Origin: an uncultured Thiotrichaceae bacterium
Lineage (GTDB): Bacteria > Pseudomonadota > Gammaproteobacteria > SZUA-229
Direction of reading: 5' to 3'
Assembly: GCA_964522445.1 (NCBI GenBank)
Contig: CAZFUY010000002.1
Location: 299 to 64,298, forward strand
DNA: 64,000 nt
Positions 1 through 8,112 of this stretch are shown here, piece by piece (position 1 is the stretch's first letter; the number at the start of each line of letters is the position of its first letter). Under the pieces are notes generated by a model that saw nothing but the letters and a program-made list of their open reading frames with translations, did no database searches and was not told where the DNA came from. Both the position numbers and the translations under genes were made by a program.

Positions 1-224
1 TCAGTAGGGGAGACAAGTTTTTCTTCACGGGCAGATACCGGCAGATTTGTTACATCCTTGAGATGTTGCAAATATGGCTTTACCCTGTTTTTCGGGTAAT
101 TATAAAGGAGCTCAACCTGATCAAAAGCCTGTGCTTGCAGAGCCGTTAAAATAGGGCCTTGCTGCTCAGACTCCAGTGACTGAAGGTCATTACCGCCAAT
201 CCAGCTAATTAAAATTCGCTTCAT
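1..224 (-). CDS. Hypothetical protein, first 74 codons only (runs off window edge); weak resemblance to RtcR-type CARF-like N-terminal domains
   Basis: My own reverse-strand translation starts at the ATG at 224-222: MKRILISWIGGNDLQSLESEQQGPILTALQAQAFDQVELLYNYPKNRVKPYLQHLKDVTNLPVSAREEKLVSPT. The frame stays open to position 1. The start lies 4 nt after the stop of the XRE gene at 228-431, so both are in one operon. It is missing from the ORF track because it is truncated. Confidence 0.5.
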   Translation of the reverse strand, partial: MKRILISWIGGNDLQSLESEQQGPILTALQAQAFDQVELLYNYPKNRVKPYLQHLKDVTNLPVSAREEKLVSPT

Positions 225-227
225 TCG

Positions 228-431
228 CTAATCTTCCACGAAATCCAACAACTGACTCAGCTCACACTGAAATAGCGTACAGAGCTTATCTAGCGCTTCT
301 ACGTCGATTTTCTGAGCGGTTTCCTTGTACATCAGGGTAACCGTATTGCGGCTAAGCCCTGTCTCCCTGATTACATCGGCAATTCTCATTTTTCGCTCAC
401 CCATAAGACGAGCCAGATGGCAGCGAATCAC
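228..431 (-). CDS. XRE/Cro-C1 family helix-turn-helix transcriptional regulator (67 aa)
   Basis: HTH core RIADVIRETGLSRNTVTLMYKE followed by LCTLFQCELSQLLDFV. It is a paralogue of the 82-aa protein at 1225-1473. Confidence 0.8.
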   Translation of the reverse strand: MIRCHLARLMGERKMRIADVIRETGLSRNTVTLMYKETAQKIDVEALDKLCTLFQCELSQLLDFVED

Positions 432-817
432 ATTTATATACCCGAGTCATTTAATAATCACTCGATACTAACTGATTTAAAGGAATTTATTAAAGATAAA
501 ATGAAATAATTCGACTTTAAGGATAAAAATCTGCATATTAATCAGAGTCACTTATCTGCTCTTTTCCTTCCTCAAAACACCTAACCTGAAACCATCAAAG
601 CACAATAAGCTGCTTGTATTGCCTGCTTAGAATAAACTTAGGTAACCCCATTTTTATTTGGAATCATAAACTCAGGGTAGGCACTTGAAAAGTTAAGAGC
701 TGAACAAAATGATAATTGAGATGGTTTACCTACAACAAAATCATATAAGGGTATACCTAAAATATATGCTATACACCTAACACCTAGCGGCCAATAAACT
801 CACTTTTTTATTAGACC

Positions 818-1204
818 TTATGCACATTCGTGCTTGAGCACATCCTCCATACCACGTTTGATATTTCCTTCTTCCAGCTCAGCTAGCGCTTTGTTCAGGC
901 CTGAACCAACATCGGATTTTAAGTGCCGTAATGAATTCCAGTGAGCTCGTTTGGGGACATAGAAACTGTATTTATTAGGCTTGTCGAGCTGAATTGCGAT
1001 AGCCGCATCATCCAGACCATTTTTGGTATATTCCGCTTTAAGCAGCTTTTGCTCAGTATCGAACTGGTCGGACATACGCTTAAGGAACAACATACCAAAG
1101 ATGTATTCCTTGTATTCGGAGGCATCCATCTTGCCACGAAGGATGTCGCAGGCTTTGAGTAACAGGGTTTCGAGTTTAGATAAGGTGAGCTTCTGCTGAT
1201 TCAT
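818..1204 (-). pseudogene. hsdM: 5' fragment of the type I restriction-modification methylase subunit HsdM (N-terminal domain only)
   Basis: [41 protein letters not shown] is the typical HsdM_N start. The ORF stops after 128 aa, whereas full HsdM is about 500 aa. It is followed by ~390 bp with no ORF (432-817). No methylase catalytic region, hsdS or hsdR is present. Confidence 0.75.
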
Positions 1205-1224
1205 ATAATCCCTTTAATTTATTA

Positions 1225-1473
1225 TTATTTTTCATCTTCGTCAGGGATATATTCTATTAAATCACTTGGTGTGATCTCAAAATAGTGGCACAAAATATTT
1301 AGAGTGTCGGTATTGCAGTTGTAGCCAGGGATATTCGCAATTCTGTTTAAAGTAGCTCTGGATATACCGGTTTCAGTCGAAACCTGATTCAATGTTATTT
1401 TCTCTTTTGTTTGAAAAACTCTGTCGTCTAAAACTTTTTTCAATAGCACTCTGATCACTTTCTCTTTCTCCAA
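1225..1473 (-). CDS. XRE family helix-turn-helix regulator (82 aa) heading the hsdM remnant
   Basis: HTH LNQVSTETGISRATLNRIAN followed by LCHYFEITPSDLIEYIP. It lies 20 bp upstream of the hsdM fragment on the same strand. Confidence 0.8.
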   Translation of the reverse strand: MEKEKVIRVLLKKVLDDRVFQTKEKITLNQVSTETGISRATLNRIANIPGYNCNTDTLNILCHYFEITPSDLIEYIPDEDEK

Positions 1474-1511
1474 AACTAAGGTGCTGAGCTAACAGTATGA
1501 TATAACTAGGC

Positions 1512-1571
1512 CAATAGCGCGATATCACTGACTAATAGCGTGATATCACCAGGCTAATAGCATAATATCAC
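1512..1571. promoter_or_regulatory. Three tandem 17-bp direct repeats (operators or iterons) upstream of the XRE gene
   Basis: CAATAGCGCGATATCAC (1512-1528), TAATAGCGTGATATCAC (1533-1549) and TAATAGCATAATATCAC (1555-1571) occur at 21-22 bp phasing. The middle unit contains the perfect palindrome GTGATATCAC. Confidence 0.7.
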
Positions 1572-1612
1572 AAAACTATTATGGCGATTTCTTATCATAT
1601 CATACTATAAGT

Positions 1613-1720
1613 GATCTTTTTTGATCAAAGGCGCTTGACCAATCCTTTTTACTAGGATATGATCCACATAGATCAATTATATTCTATTTAGAATATATAT
1701 GATCATGTATGATCAATTAT
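1613..1720. promoter_or_regulatory. GATC-dense repeat/palindrome block
   Basis: Six GATC sites start at 1613, 1623, 1661, 1671, 1701 and 1711. ATATGATC-N6-GATCAATTAT occurs twice (1657-1680 and 1697-1720), flanking the palindrome ATATTCTA-TT-TAGAATAT (1679-1696). Confidence 0.6.
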
Positions 1721-2001
1721 TTTTTAAATCAACATTTATGGGACAGAGAACAAATATGAATAATCAAAAAATTATGCAAATTGCAGCCTCAGTTAATCTG
1801 ATGGCACAGTTACCTAACGGTAATGCCCTGGTTCAAGTGCTAGGCTATGGAAATGAAAGTTCAAACCTGGAAGCTTTAAGCCATTGGATAGAAAGTCAGG
1901 AAGACTTATTGACTATTCAAAAACCTGTTTTTTTGGTGGAGCAACTTTTATTTCGCTTACACAGTACTCTAGAAGAATTGTACTGTTCACATTCTTTCTA
2001 A
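1699..2001 (+). CDS. Hypothetical protein (island cargo); the real start is more likely the ATG at 1756 (MNNQKIMQIAAS...)
   Basis: ORF only, with no recognisable motif. The first 19 codons overlap the GATC repeat block. Confidence 0.35.
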   Translation: MIMYDQLFFKSTFMGQRTNMNNQKIMQIAASVNLMAQLPNGNALVQVLGYGNESSNLEALSHWIESQEDLLTIQKPVFLVEQLLFRLHSTLEELYCSHSF

Positions 2002-2318
2002 AGCTAAAACTTGAAAATATAAATTAAATCAAGAAGAGGAATTGAAATAATGAATTAATAAATGTTATCGATTGTGGCATCCATCTTTGCGAATAGATGA
2101 ATAACTAAGAGATGCTAGATAGCGTCTACAATGTAATGCTTAGTCTGATGCCTCTCTCCGAATAAATCAAGAAAAATATCAAGAAATCTGTATGTGTAAA
2201 TAAAATATTTCACAGGGATTTGCTTGTCTTTAAAAAATCCCTCCGTGTATTTTTAATGTTCACTCATGGGAATTATTTGGCTTAAAGCTAGAGTAATAAA
2301 ATTAATTGGAGAAATAAA

Positions 2319-2534
2319 ATGGCTATGTTTCTTAATAAATTAGAGCTTAAAGAACTAACAGGTTATTCACGACCAAGATCACAAATGACTTGGTTTTCTA
2401 ATAACAATTATCTTTTTGAGGTTGGTGCAGATGGCTACCCAAGAGTATTGATTTCATTAGTTGAAAAACGATTGGGAAGCCACATTGCTCCAACACAAAA
2501 AAATAATCAGCCTCGATTTTCAACCATTCGATAG
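2319..2534 (+). CDS. DUF4224-like small protein (excisionase-position gene upstream of the integrase)
   Basis: LNKLELKELTGYSRPRSQMTWFSNNNYLFEVGADGYPRVL matches the DUF4224 pattern as I remember it. The gene lies 15 bp upstream of int. Confidence 0.6.
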   Translation: MAMFLNKLELKELTGYSRPRSQMTWFSNNNYLFEVGADGYPRVLISLVEKRLGSHIAPTQKNNQPRFSTIR

Positions 2535-2549
2535 CAGCAAGGAATCTCT

Positions 2550-3569
2550 ATGCCTAGAAAACGAAAATCGAATAAAGAGCTGCCCCAAAGAGTTTACAAA
2601 AAACACGGGGCATTTTATCTAGTTACTCAAGAAAACAAATGGATTCGATTAGGAGCGACTAAAACTGAAATGTATAAAGCGCTTTCGGAGCTTTATATTA
2701 AACCACCGGCTTCATATACCATAGAAAGCCTGTGGAATGATTTTTTTCAGGATCATGCAGTAAAGCTTTCACAAGCCACCCAAAGAGGATACCAAAAATC
2801 TGCAAAGCAACTTCTAAAACCTTTTGGGCATATGCTACCTGGAGAAATAGAATCACCTGACATTGCCAGATATTTACTTATTCGAGGCAAAAAAGCAGCA
2901 ACAAATGCCAATCAGGAAATTGGCTTACTCTCATCTATGTATACTTATGCTGTAGGCTTAGGAATCACCAATAGAAACCCTTGCCTACGTGTTAAACGAC
3001 ATAAGCTAAGACCTAGAGACAGATACATTGAAAATAGAGAACTCGATGCGTTCAGAAGTGTGTGCAATGATTTTATGTTGTGCTACGTGGATCTTAAATA
3101 CATAACAGGATTAAGGCAAACCGATATGCTTTTACTGACTATGAATAACATCAGAGATGAAGGCCTGTATATAAAACCCAATAAAACAAAAAACTCTACG
3201 GGTGAAGCACGTTTGTTCATATGGACTCCTGAACTTAAAGAAGTAATTGAACGAATAAACCAGCTAAAAAGGCCTAAGTTTACTGATCACTTTTTTGTCA
3301 AGAGTAATGGAAAACCATTTATTGATGAAAACCTAGAGGTAAAAAACTTTAGTTACTGGTGGTCTAAAATAATGAAAAAAGCACTTAAAGAAACTTCATT
3401 AACGATTAGCTTTCAAGAAAAAGACATTCGAGCCAAGACTGCAACTGATGCAGATGATGATGGCCAGAATGCAACTGAAATTCTTGGGCACGAAGACTCA
3501 AGAACTACTCGTATTTATCTGCGAGGAAAGCAAATAAAACGTGTAATGCCGTTTGTTAAAAAGGGGTGA
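2550..3569 (+). CDS. int: Tyrosine-type site-specific integrase (lambda-Int-like, with N-terminal arm-binding segment)
   Basis: The N-terminus reads KELPQRVYKKHGAFYLVTQENKWIRLG. The catalytic region contains TGLRQTD, IRAKTATD, and LGHEDSRTTRIYLRG (H-x-x-R ... Y). Confidence 0.9.
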   Translation: MPRKRKSNKELPQRVYKKHGAFYLVTQENKWIRLGATKTEMYKALSELYIKPPASYTIESLWNDFFQDHAVKLSQATQRGYQKSAKQLLKPFGHMLPGEIESPDIARYLLIRGKKAATNANQEIGLLSSMYTYAVGLGITNRNPCLRVKRHKLRPRDRYIENRELDAFRSVCNDFMLCYVDLKYITGLRQTDMLLLTMNNIRDEGLYIKPNKTKNSTGEARLFIWTPELKEVIERINQLKRPKFTDHFFVKSNGKPFIDENLEVKNFSYWWSKIMKKALKETSLTISFQEKDIRAKTATDADDDGQNATEILGHEDSRTTRIYLRGKQIKRVMPFVKKG

Positions 3570-3699
3570 ACAACAGTTCAATATATTAGATTGGTAGCTT
3601 GAGGCTTTTCTAGACGCATGAGATGAATAAATATGCTGTTATGGAATTTAAATTTTGAATGTATTTAAGTCATGTAATCTTTATTAAATTAAAGCAAGA

Positions 3700-4017
3700 A
3701 TGATAAACCCTACGCCTTACTGGAAAATACAAATATTACCTCATATGAAGATTTTACTATTTTTAAATTTTATAGAGGTGACTAAGTATCACAATGATAC
3801 AAATCAGCAATTATTTTGTTGGTTTGCTATCGATGATACCCCTGGATTCTATCCAGATAATGCTCCTGTTTATTTGACCAATTCTGGTACTGGTTTTATT
3901 GAAGAGGATATACTCAATCTAAATAAGATGATCACCGATCTATTACTGAAAAGCAGGAGCCAGTTAAAACAGCCCCATTATATTAGACAACTGTCTAATA
4001 TAACGAGTATTTATTAA
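3700..4017 (+). CDS. Hypothetical ORF, possibly a gene fragment
   Basis: ORF only, in a very AT-rich stretch. No convincing ribosome-binding site or motif. Confidence 0.3.
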   Translation: MINPTPYWKIQILPHMKILLFLNFIEVTKYHNDTNQQLFCWFAIDDTPGFYPDNAPVYLTNSGTGFIEEDILNLNKMITDLLLKSRSQLKQPHYIRQLSNITSIY

Positions 4018-4164
4018 CAACAAAAAACACCAGACACCACTGCAACCAACTGTTTTAAAAGAAATAATTATTATTTTGAGGAGCATTTAGATTATAAGTG
4101 AAGACAATTTTTTATTGCCTGTAACTATTGCATTCATAACCATAGCCTGTATCTTTCAGCAGCT

Positions 4165-4902
4165 ATGAGCAACTTCATTAAAGCGCCCAAAACATTATTA
4201 CATCCAACAGGCCGCGCACTGATAGATTTTAAAATGATACGCGATGGTGATCGTGTTTTGCTGGGGCTATCCGGCGGCAAGGATTCTCTTTCATTACTGC
4301 ATATTCTTCATCACTTTCAGAAACACGCCCCCATACATTTTGACATTGCAGCAATTACTGTTGATCCCATGGCGGGTGATTTTGATCCTTCCCCCATGAT
4401 TCCTTATCTCAAATCATTAGGTGTTGAATATCATTATCGTCGCGAACCAATTATGGATATGGCGAAGGAGCATATGGGCAAGCAATCTTACTGCGCATTT
4501 TGTTCGCGTATTAAACGCGGCATTATGTATAGCACTGCTCGAGAGCATAAGTTTAATGTCATTGCATTAGCCCAGCATTTAGATGACCTGGCTGAAAGTT
4601 TTCTAATGTCTGCATTTCACGGTGGTAAGCTGAAAACAATGAAAGCTCACTATATAAATGATGATGGAGATCTTAGAATCATACGACCACTGGTATATGT
4701 GCGAGAAAAACAAACACGTGATTTTGCAACACATGAAAACCTACCCATCATTCCAGACAGCTGCCCTGCCTGCTTCTCTATGCCGACTCAAAGGCAACAT
4801 ATGAAAGAGCTACTGGCTAGTGAAGAAACTCAAAATACAACTTTATTCAAATCATTGCTTACTACACTTAAACCTCTTATGTCCGAAGGGTTACCTGAAT
4901 AA
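4165..4902 (+). CDS. ttcA: tRNA 2-thiocytidine biosynthesis TtcA-family PP-loop ATPase
   Basis: PP-loop SGGKDS, the Cys motifs CAFCSRIKRG and CPAC, and the HLDDLAES motif. Confidence 0.8.
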   Translation: MSNFIKAPKTLLHPTGRALIDFKMIRDGDRVLLGLSGGKDSLSLLHILHHFQKHAPIHFDIAAITVDPMAGDFDPSPMIPYLKSLGVEYHYRREPIMDMAKEHMGKQSYCAFCSRIKRGIMYSTAREHKFNVIALAQHLDDLAESFLMSAFHGGKLKTMKAHYINDDGDLRIIRPLVYVREKQTRDFATHENLPIIPDSCPACFSMPTQRQHMKELLASEETQNTTLFKSLLTTLKPLMSEGLPE

Positions 4903-4923
4903 AATCAATAATTTATTCTAAAA

Positions 4924-5083
4924 GAGACCTTTGCACGAAACAAATCCCGTCATCCCGGTATGCTTTTAAGCTGGGATCTAGTGGCCTAAAGCTAGTAAAT
5001 ATGCGAGATTCCTGCCAGAAACATGCAGGAATGACGATGAAATGGGTAACTATTAAAATAATTTTCTCTCGTGCAAAGGTCTC
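4924..5083. mobile_element. MITE-like element, copy A (TIR GAGACCTTTGCACGA)
   Basis: Perfect 15-bp terminal inverted repeats at 4924-4938 and 5069-5083. It is flanked by the direct duplication TAAAA (4919-4923 and 5084-5088). The interior differs from copies B and C. Confidence 0.75.
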
Positions 5084-5234
5084 TAAAAATATTTTAGTGG
5101 AATATTTCTCTTTGCTTCATTGAATGTCACTAATAGCAAACTATACTTGTTCGATGGACTATTAAGGCTTAAACAGGAATTAAAGAGTATTTTCTAATTA
5201 AATACTTACAGCTGTAACCTTTTAAGAGACCAAC

Positions 5235-7268
5235 ATGTTTAACTCAACTGTACTAACGCCTGGCATAGCACTAATAAATCGACTTAGTTTTCCTGCTAAA
5301 TTTGCACTTATATTTATTCTTTTTCTAATTCCAATCATCTACGTTTCTTTCTCCTCATATACAGATCATCAGGTAGAAATAGATAAAACAATCAAAGAAG
5401 AAATTGGTATTAAATATATCGCCGCTGTGCGCCCATTATTTGAACATATGGCACAAACCCGCGGCATGACCAATGCTTATCTCAATGGCAATACAGCTTT
5501 CAGGGAAAAAATTGAAAAGAAACGCCAGCTAGTAAAGCAGGAATTAGACACATTATTGACCATTGAGTCTAATCTCAACCATATACTTCATATGGATGGT
5601 TCTGCACAGAAGATACAGCGAGACTGGCATAAATTAATGAATGAAGCGTTTAACATGCAGGCACAGACTGCATTTATAGCTCATACCAAAATTATTGAAC
5701 AAGTTTTAGATTTGTTAAGTCAGGCACTTGTTCAATCCAGTTTATTTCTAGACTCCAGGGTTGACAGCAATTTACTGATCAAGTCAATTGGCCTACTTAT
5801 GCCAACCCTGGCAGAAAACATGGGCAAGGCTCGTGGATTAGGTGCTGGGGTTGCTGCCAAAGGTGAATTTTCACCTGATACATTTATAAAACTAACTCGT
5901 TTTGTTGAGACAATTAATAATGCAAAAAAAAGATTAGAACACGCTTACCAGGAAGCACTTAACTACAACCCTGCATTATCCACACAATTAGAAAAACCTT
6001 TTAACAATGCAATTAATTTAGTAAATTCGTTTACAGAAATAACTTACAACAAATTACTAAAACCTGAAAACATACAGGTTAATTCAACTGAATATTTTGA
6101 AACGGGCACTAAAGCCATTTCATCAATACTAATTTTATACGACACATCCCTGCCTGTATTAGACAACCTGTTACTCAAACGCTCTAAATATTTAACTAAT
6201 AACATTACATACAACTTATTAACTGATGCTATTTTTCTGATTGCTGTACTTTATTTATTTGCCGCATTTTACAGCAGCATAATGTTATCTATTTCAAAAT
6301 TAAAAGCTGCGGCAGGCTCATTATCTAATGGTGATTTCACTATTACTGTAGATATTGAATCTCGTGATGAAATGCAAACAGTTGCTGAACATATGAATGC
6401 AATGATTGAGAAAAATAAGGCCCTTGTATCACAGGTTATAAGCGCAGCCAACCAGGTCGTTAATTCAGCAAATAATAGCGCAACCACATCACACAAAACA
6501 CAGAAAGGCATTAGCGAACAAAATATGCAAATCGATATGGTTGCTACTGCAATGAATGAAATGACAGCCACTGTTGCCGAAGTAGCAAGTAATGCTGCAA
6601 GTGCTTCTGATGCCACAAGGGATGCAAGTTCTGAAGCCGCTAATGGTCATAAAATTGTTAACAACACCATCAACTCCATTAACAAACTATCAAATGAGGT
6701 CGGCAATGCAACCTCTGTCATTAAAAAATTAGAATCAGATAGCGAAAGTATTGGCTCAGTACTTGATGTAATTCGTAGCATTGCAGAACAAACAAATTTA
6801 CTGGCATTAAATGCAGCGATTGAAGCAGCACGTGCTGGCGAACAGGGCAGAGGCTTTGCAGTTGTTGCCGATGAGGTAAGAACTTTAGCTAGCCGCACCC
6901 AGGCTTCTACCGAAGAAATTCAACAAATGATTGAATTATTACAGGAAGGTACGCGTAATGCAGTATCTGTAATGGAAAAAGGAAATGAACAAACACAGGA
7001 ATCAGTATCACATGCAGCCGAAGCAGGAAAAGCACTTAATGCTATTACTGCTGCTGTTGATCATATTAGTTTGATGAACGAACAAATAGCAAGTGCCGCT
7101 GAAGAACAAACCAGTGTAGCTGAAGAAATTAATCGCAATATAATTAATGTCAGCAATATTTCTAACGAAACAGCTGAAGGAGCAGACCAGACAGCTGAAA
7201 GCAGCGAGACACTACGAACTGTTGCAAATCAACTACATAATTTAGTGGGCGGATTTAAAGTCAATTAA
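5235..7268 (+). CDS. Methyl-accepting chemotaxis protein with a NIT-like (nitrate/nitrite-sensing type) periplasmic domain and HAMP
   Basis: Two TM segments. The periplasmic region contains [14 protein letters not shown]. The HAMP region contains [15 protein letters not shown]. The signalling hairpin contains [35 protein letters not shown]. Confidence 0.9.
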   Translation: MFNSTVLTPGIALINRLSFPAKFALIFILFLIPIIYVSFSSYTDHQVEIDKTIKEEIGIKYIAAVRPLFEHMAQTRGMTNAYLNGNTAFREKIEKKRQLVKQELDTLLTIESNLNHILHMDGSAQKIQRDWHKLMNEAFNMQAQTAFIAHTKIIEQVLDLLSQALVQSSLFLDSRVDSNLLIKSIGLLMPTLAENMGKARGLGAGVAAKGEFSPDTFIKLTRFVETINNAKKRLEHAYQEALNYNPALSTQLEKPFNNAINLVNSFTEITYNKLLKPENIQVNSTEYFETGTKAISSILILYDTSLPVLDNLLLKRSKYLTNNITYNLLTDAIFLIAVLYLFAAFYSSIMLSISKLKAAAGSLSNGDFTITVDIESRDEMQTVAEHMNAMIEKNKALVSQVISAANQVVNSANNSATTSHKTQKGISEQNMQIDMVATAMNEMTATVAEVASNAASASDATRDASSEAANGHKIVNNTINSINKLSNEVGNATSVIKKLESDSESIGSVLDVIRSIAEQTNLLALNAAIEAARAGEQGRGFAVVADEVRTLASRTQASTEEIQQMIELLQEGTRNAVSVMEKGNEQTQESVSHAAEAGKALNAITAAVDHISLMNEQIASAAEEQTSVAEEINRNIINVSNISNETAEGADQTAESSETLRTVANQLHNLVGGFKVN

Positions 7269-7370
7269 ACTCAACAACTATGAACTGAAAGTCCATAGGT
7301 TGCTTTAATAACGATTAAAAATCATTTTACTAGCATCAAAAAAATCTCAAATTCTAAAATACTTTTATTC

Positions 7371-7442
7371 TGTCATCCCGAGCACAGTCGAGGGATCTGG
7401 CATTGCAAAGATCAAGACCCCTCGACTGCACTCGGGATGACA
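7371..7442. repeat. 72-bp palindromic element with 24-bp arms
   Basis: TGTCATCCCGAGCACAGTCGAGGG (7371-7394) pairs with CCCCTCGACTGCACTCGGGATGACA (7418-7442). It lies in the convergent MCP / cytochrome b561 spacer. Confidence 0.75.
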
Positions 7443-7514
7443 TAAAAACACTAAAGTCTTGCACTAAAAGTGCGTAGTTTTAACTAGCATACTGAAACAA
7501 TAAAACTTATTGCA

Positions 7515-8063
7515 TTATAAACCAGACATTCTTTTTAATGTTCTATCTTTATTAATTAAGTGATGTTTAATGGCGACAAAGCCGTGAAATAAAACAAAGC
7601 CAATTAAGATACTGGCTATGATTAAATGCATAATACCAGCAATATCTTCCTGGCTTTCAAAACCATAAAAAACAGCAGGCACTTTAAAAACACCAAACAC
7701 ATCAATTGAATAAGCATCAGCAGTAGAAACAAGATATCCCGTAAACATAACCACAATCAATAAAAAATAAAGTGCAGCATGCATGAATCGAGCAGCTTTA
7801 ATTTCAAAAGCTGTATACTCATTTAATGGATCAGGTATTTCACCTGCATTACGCCAGATTATTCTTAATCCTGTAAATAAAAACAAAACCACACCAATAC
7901 TTTTATGTAAAAAAGGTGCCTCTCTATACCATTCATCATAATAAGTTAAATCCACCATCCACAAACCAAGGACAAATAAACCTGTTACAGTGAAAAACGT
8001 AATCCAGTGAAAAAAAATACTGCCCCATCCCCATCTATCTTTTGTATTTTTTAAAAACACCAT
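7515..8063 (-). CDS. Cytochrome b561 family protein
   Basis: Four TM helices. WGWGSIFFHWITF and HKSIGVVLF carry the His-containing motifs typical of CybB-like b561. Confidence 0.8.
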   Translation of the reverse strand: MVFLKNTKDRWGWGSIFFHWITFFTVTGLFVLGLWMVDLTYYDEWYREAPFLHKSIGVVLFLFTGLRIIWRNAGEIPDPLNEYTAFEIKAARFMHAALYFLLIVVMFTGYLVSTADAYSIDVFGVFKVPAVFYGFESQEDIAGIMHLIIASILIGFVLFHGFVAIKHHLINKDRTLKRMSGL

Positions 8064-8112
8064 TTACTTTTTAATCCTGGTATTGTTTGCTGCTTACTGA
8101 TTAACATGAAAT

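Larger units (their letters stand above)
1..3569. mobile_element. Right-hand portion of an integrated genomic island / prophage remnant (left end outside window)
   Basis: Cluster of XRE regulators, a truncated hsdM, non-coding debris, and a DUF4224 gene followed by a tyrosine integrase reading towards the core gene ttcA. The region is more AT-rich and gene-poor than the rest of the window. The att boundary is expected between 3570 and 4164 but was not identified. Confidence 0.6.

Noticed and set aside
432-817. Looked for remains of the hsdM catalytic domain, hsdS or another gene downstream of the hsdM fragment
   Set aside because: All frames are broken by stops, and I found no motif I could recognise.
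3700-4017. Faint resemblance of FCWFAIDDTPGFYPDNAPVYLTNSGTGFIEEDI to the C-terminal part of HAD-like phosphatase domains
   Set aside because: The match is too short and comes from memory only. The ORF lacks the N-terminal DxD motif, so I left it as hypothetical.
3570-4164. Searched for a tRNA/tmRNA gene or an obvious att core next to the integrase
   Set aside because: No cloverleaf-like or T-loop (GGTTCGAATCC-type) sequence was seen. Without the left island end, no direct repeat can be matched.
6269-6898. Two antisense ORFs (115 and 83 aa) inside the MCP gene
   Set aside because: They are Ala/Ser-rich shadow frames of the repetitive MCP signalling domain and lie fully inside a confidently assigned gene.
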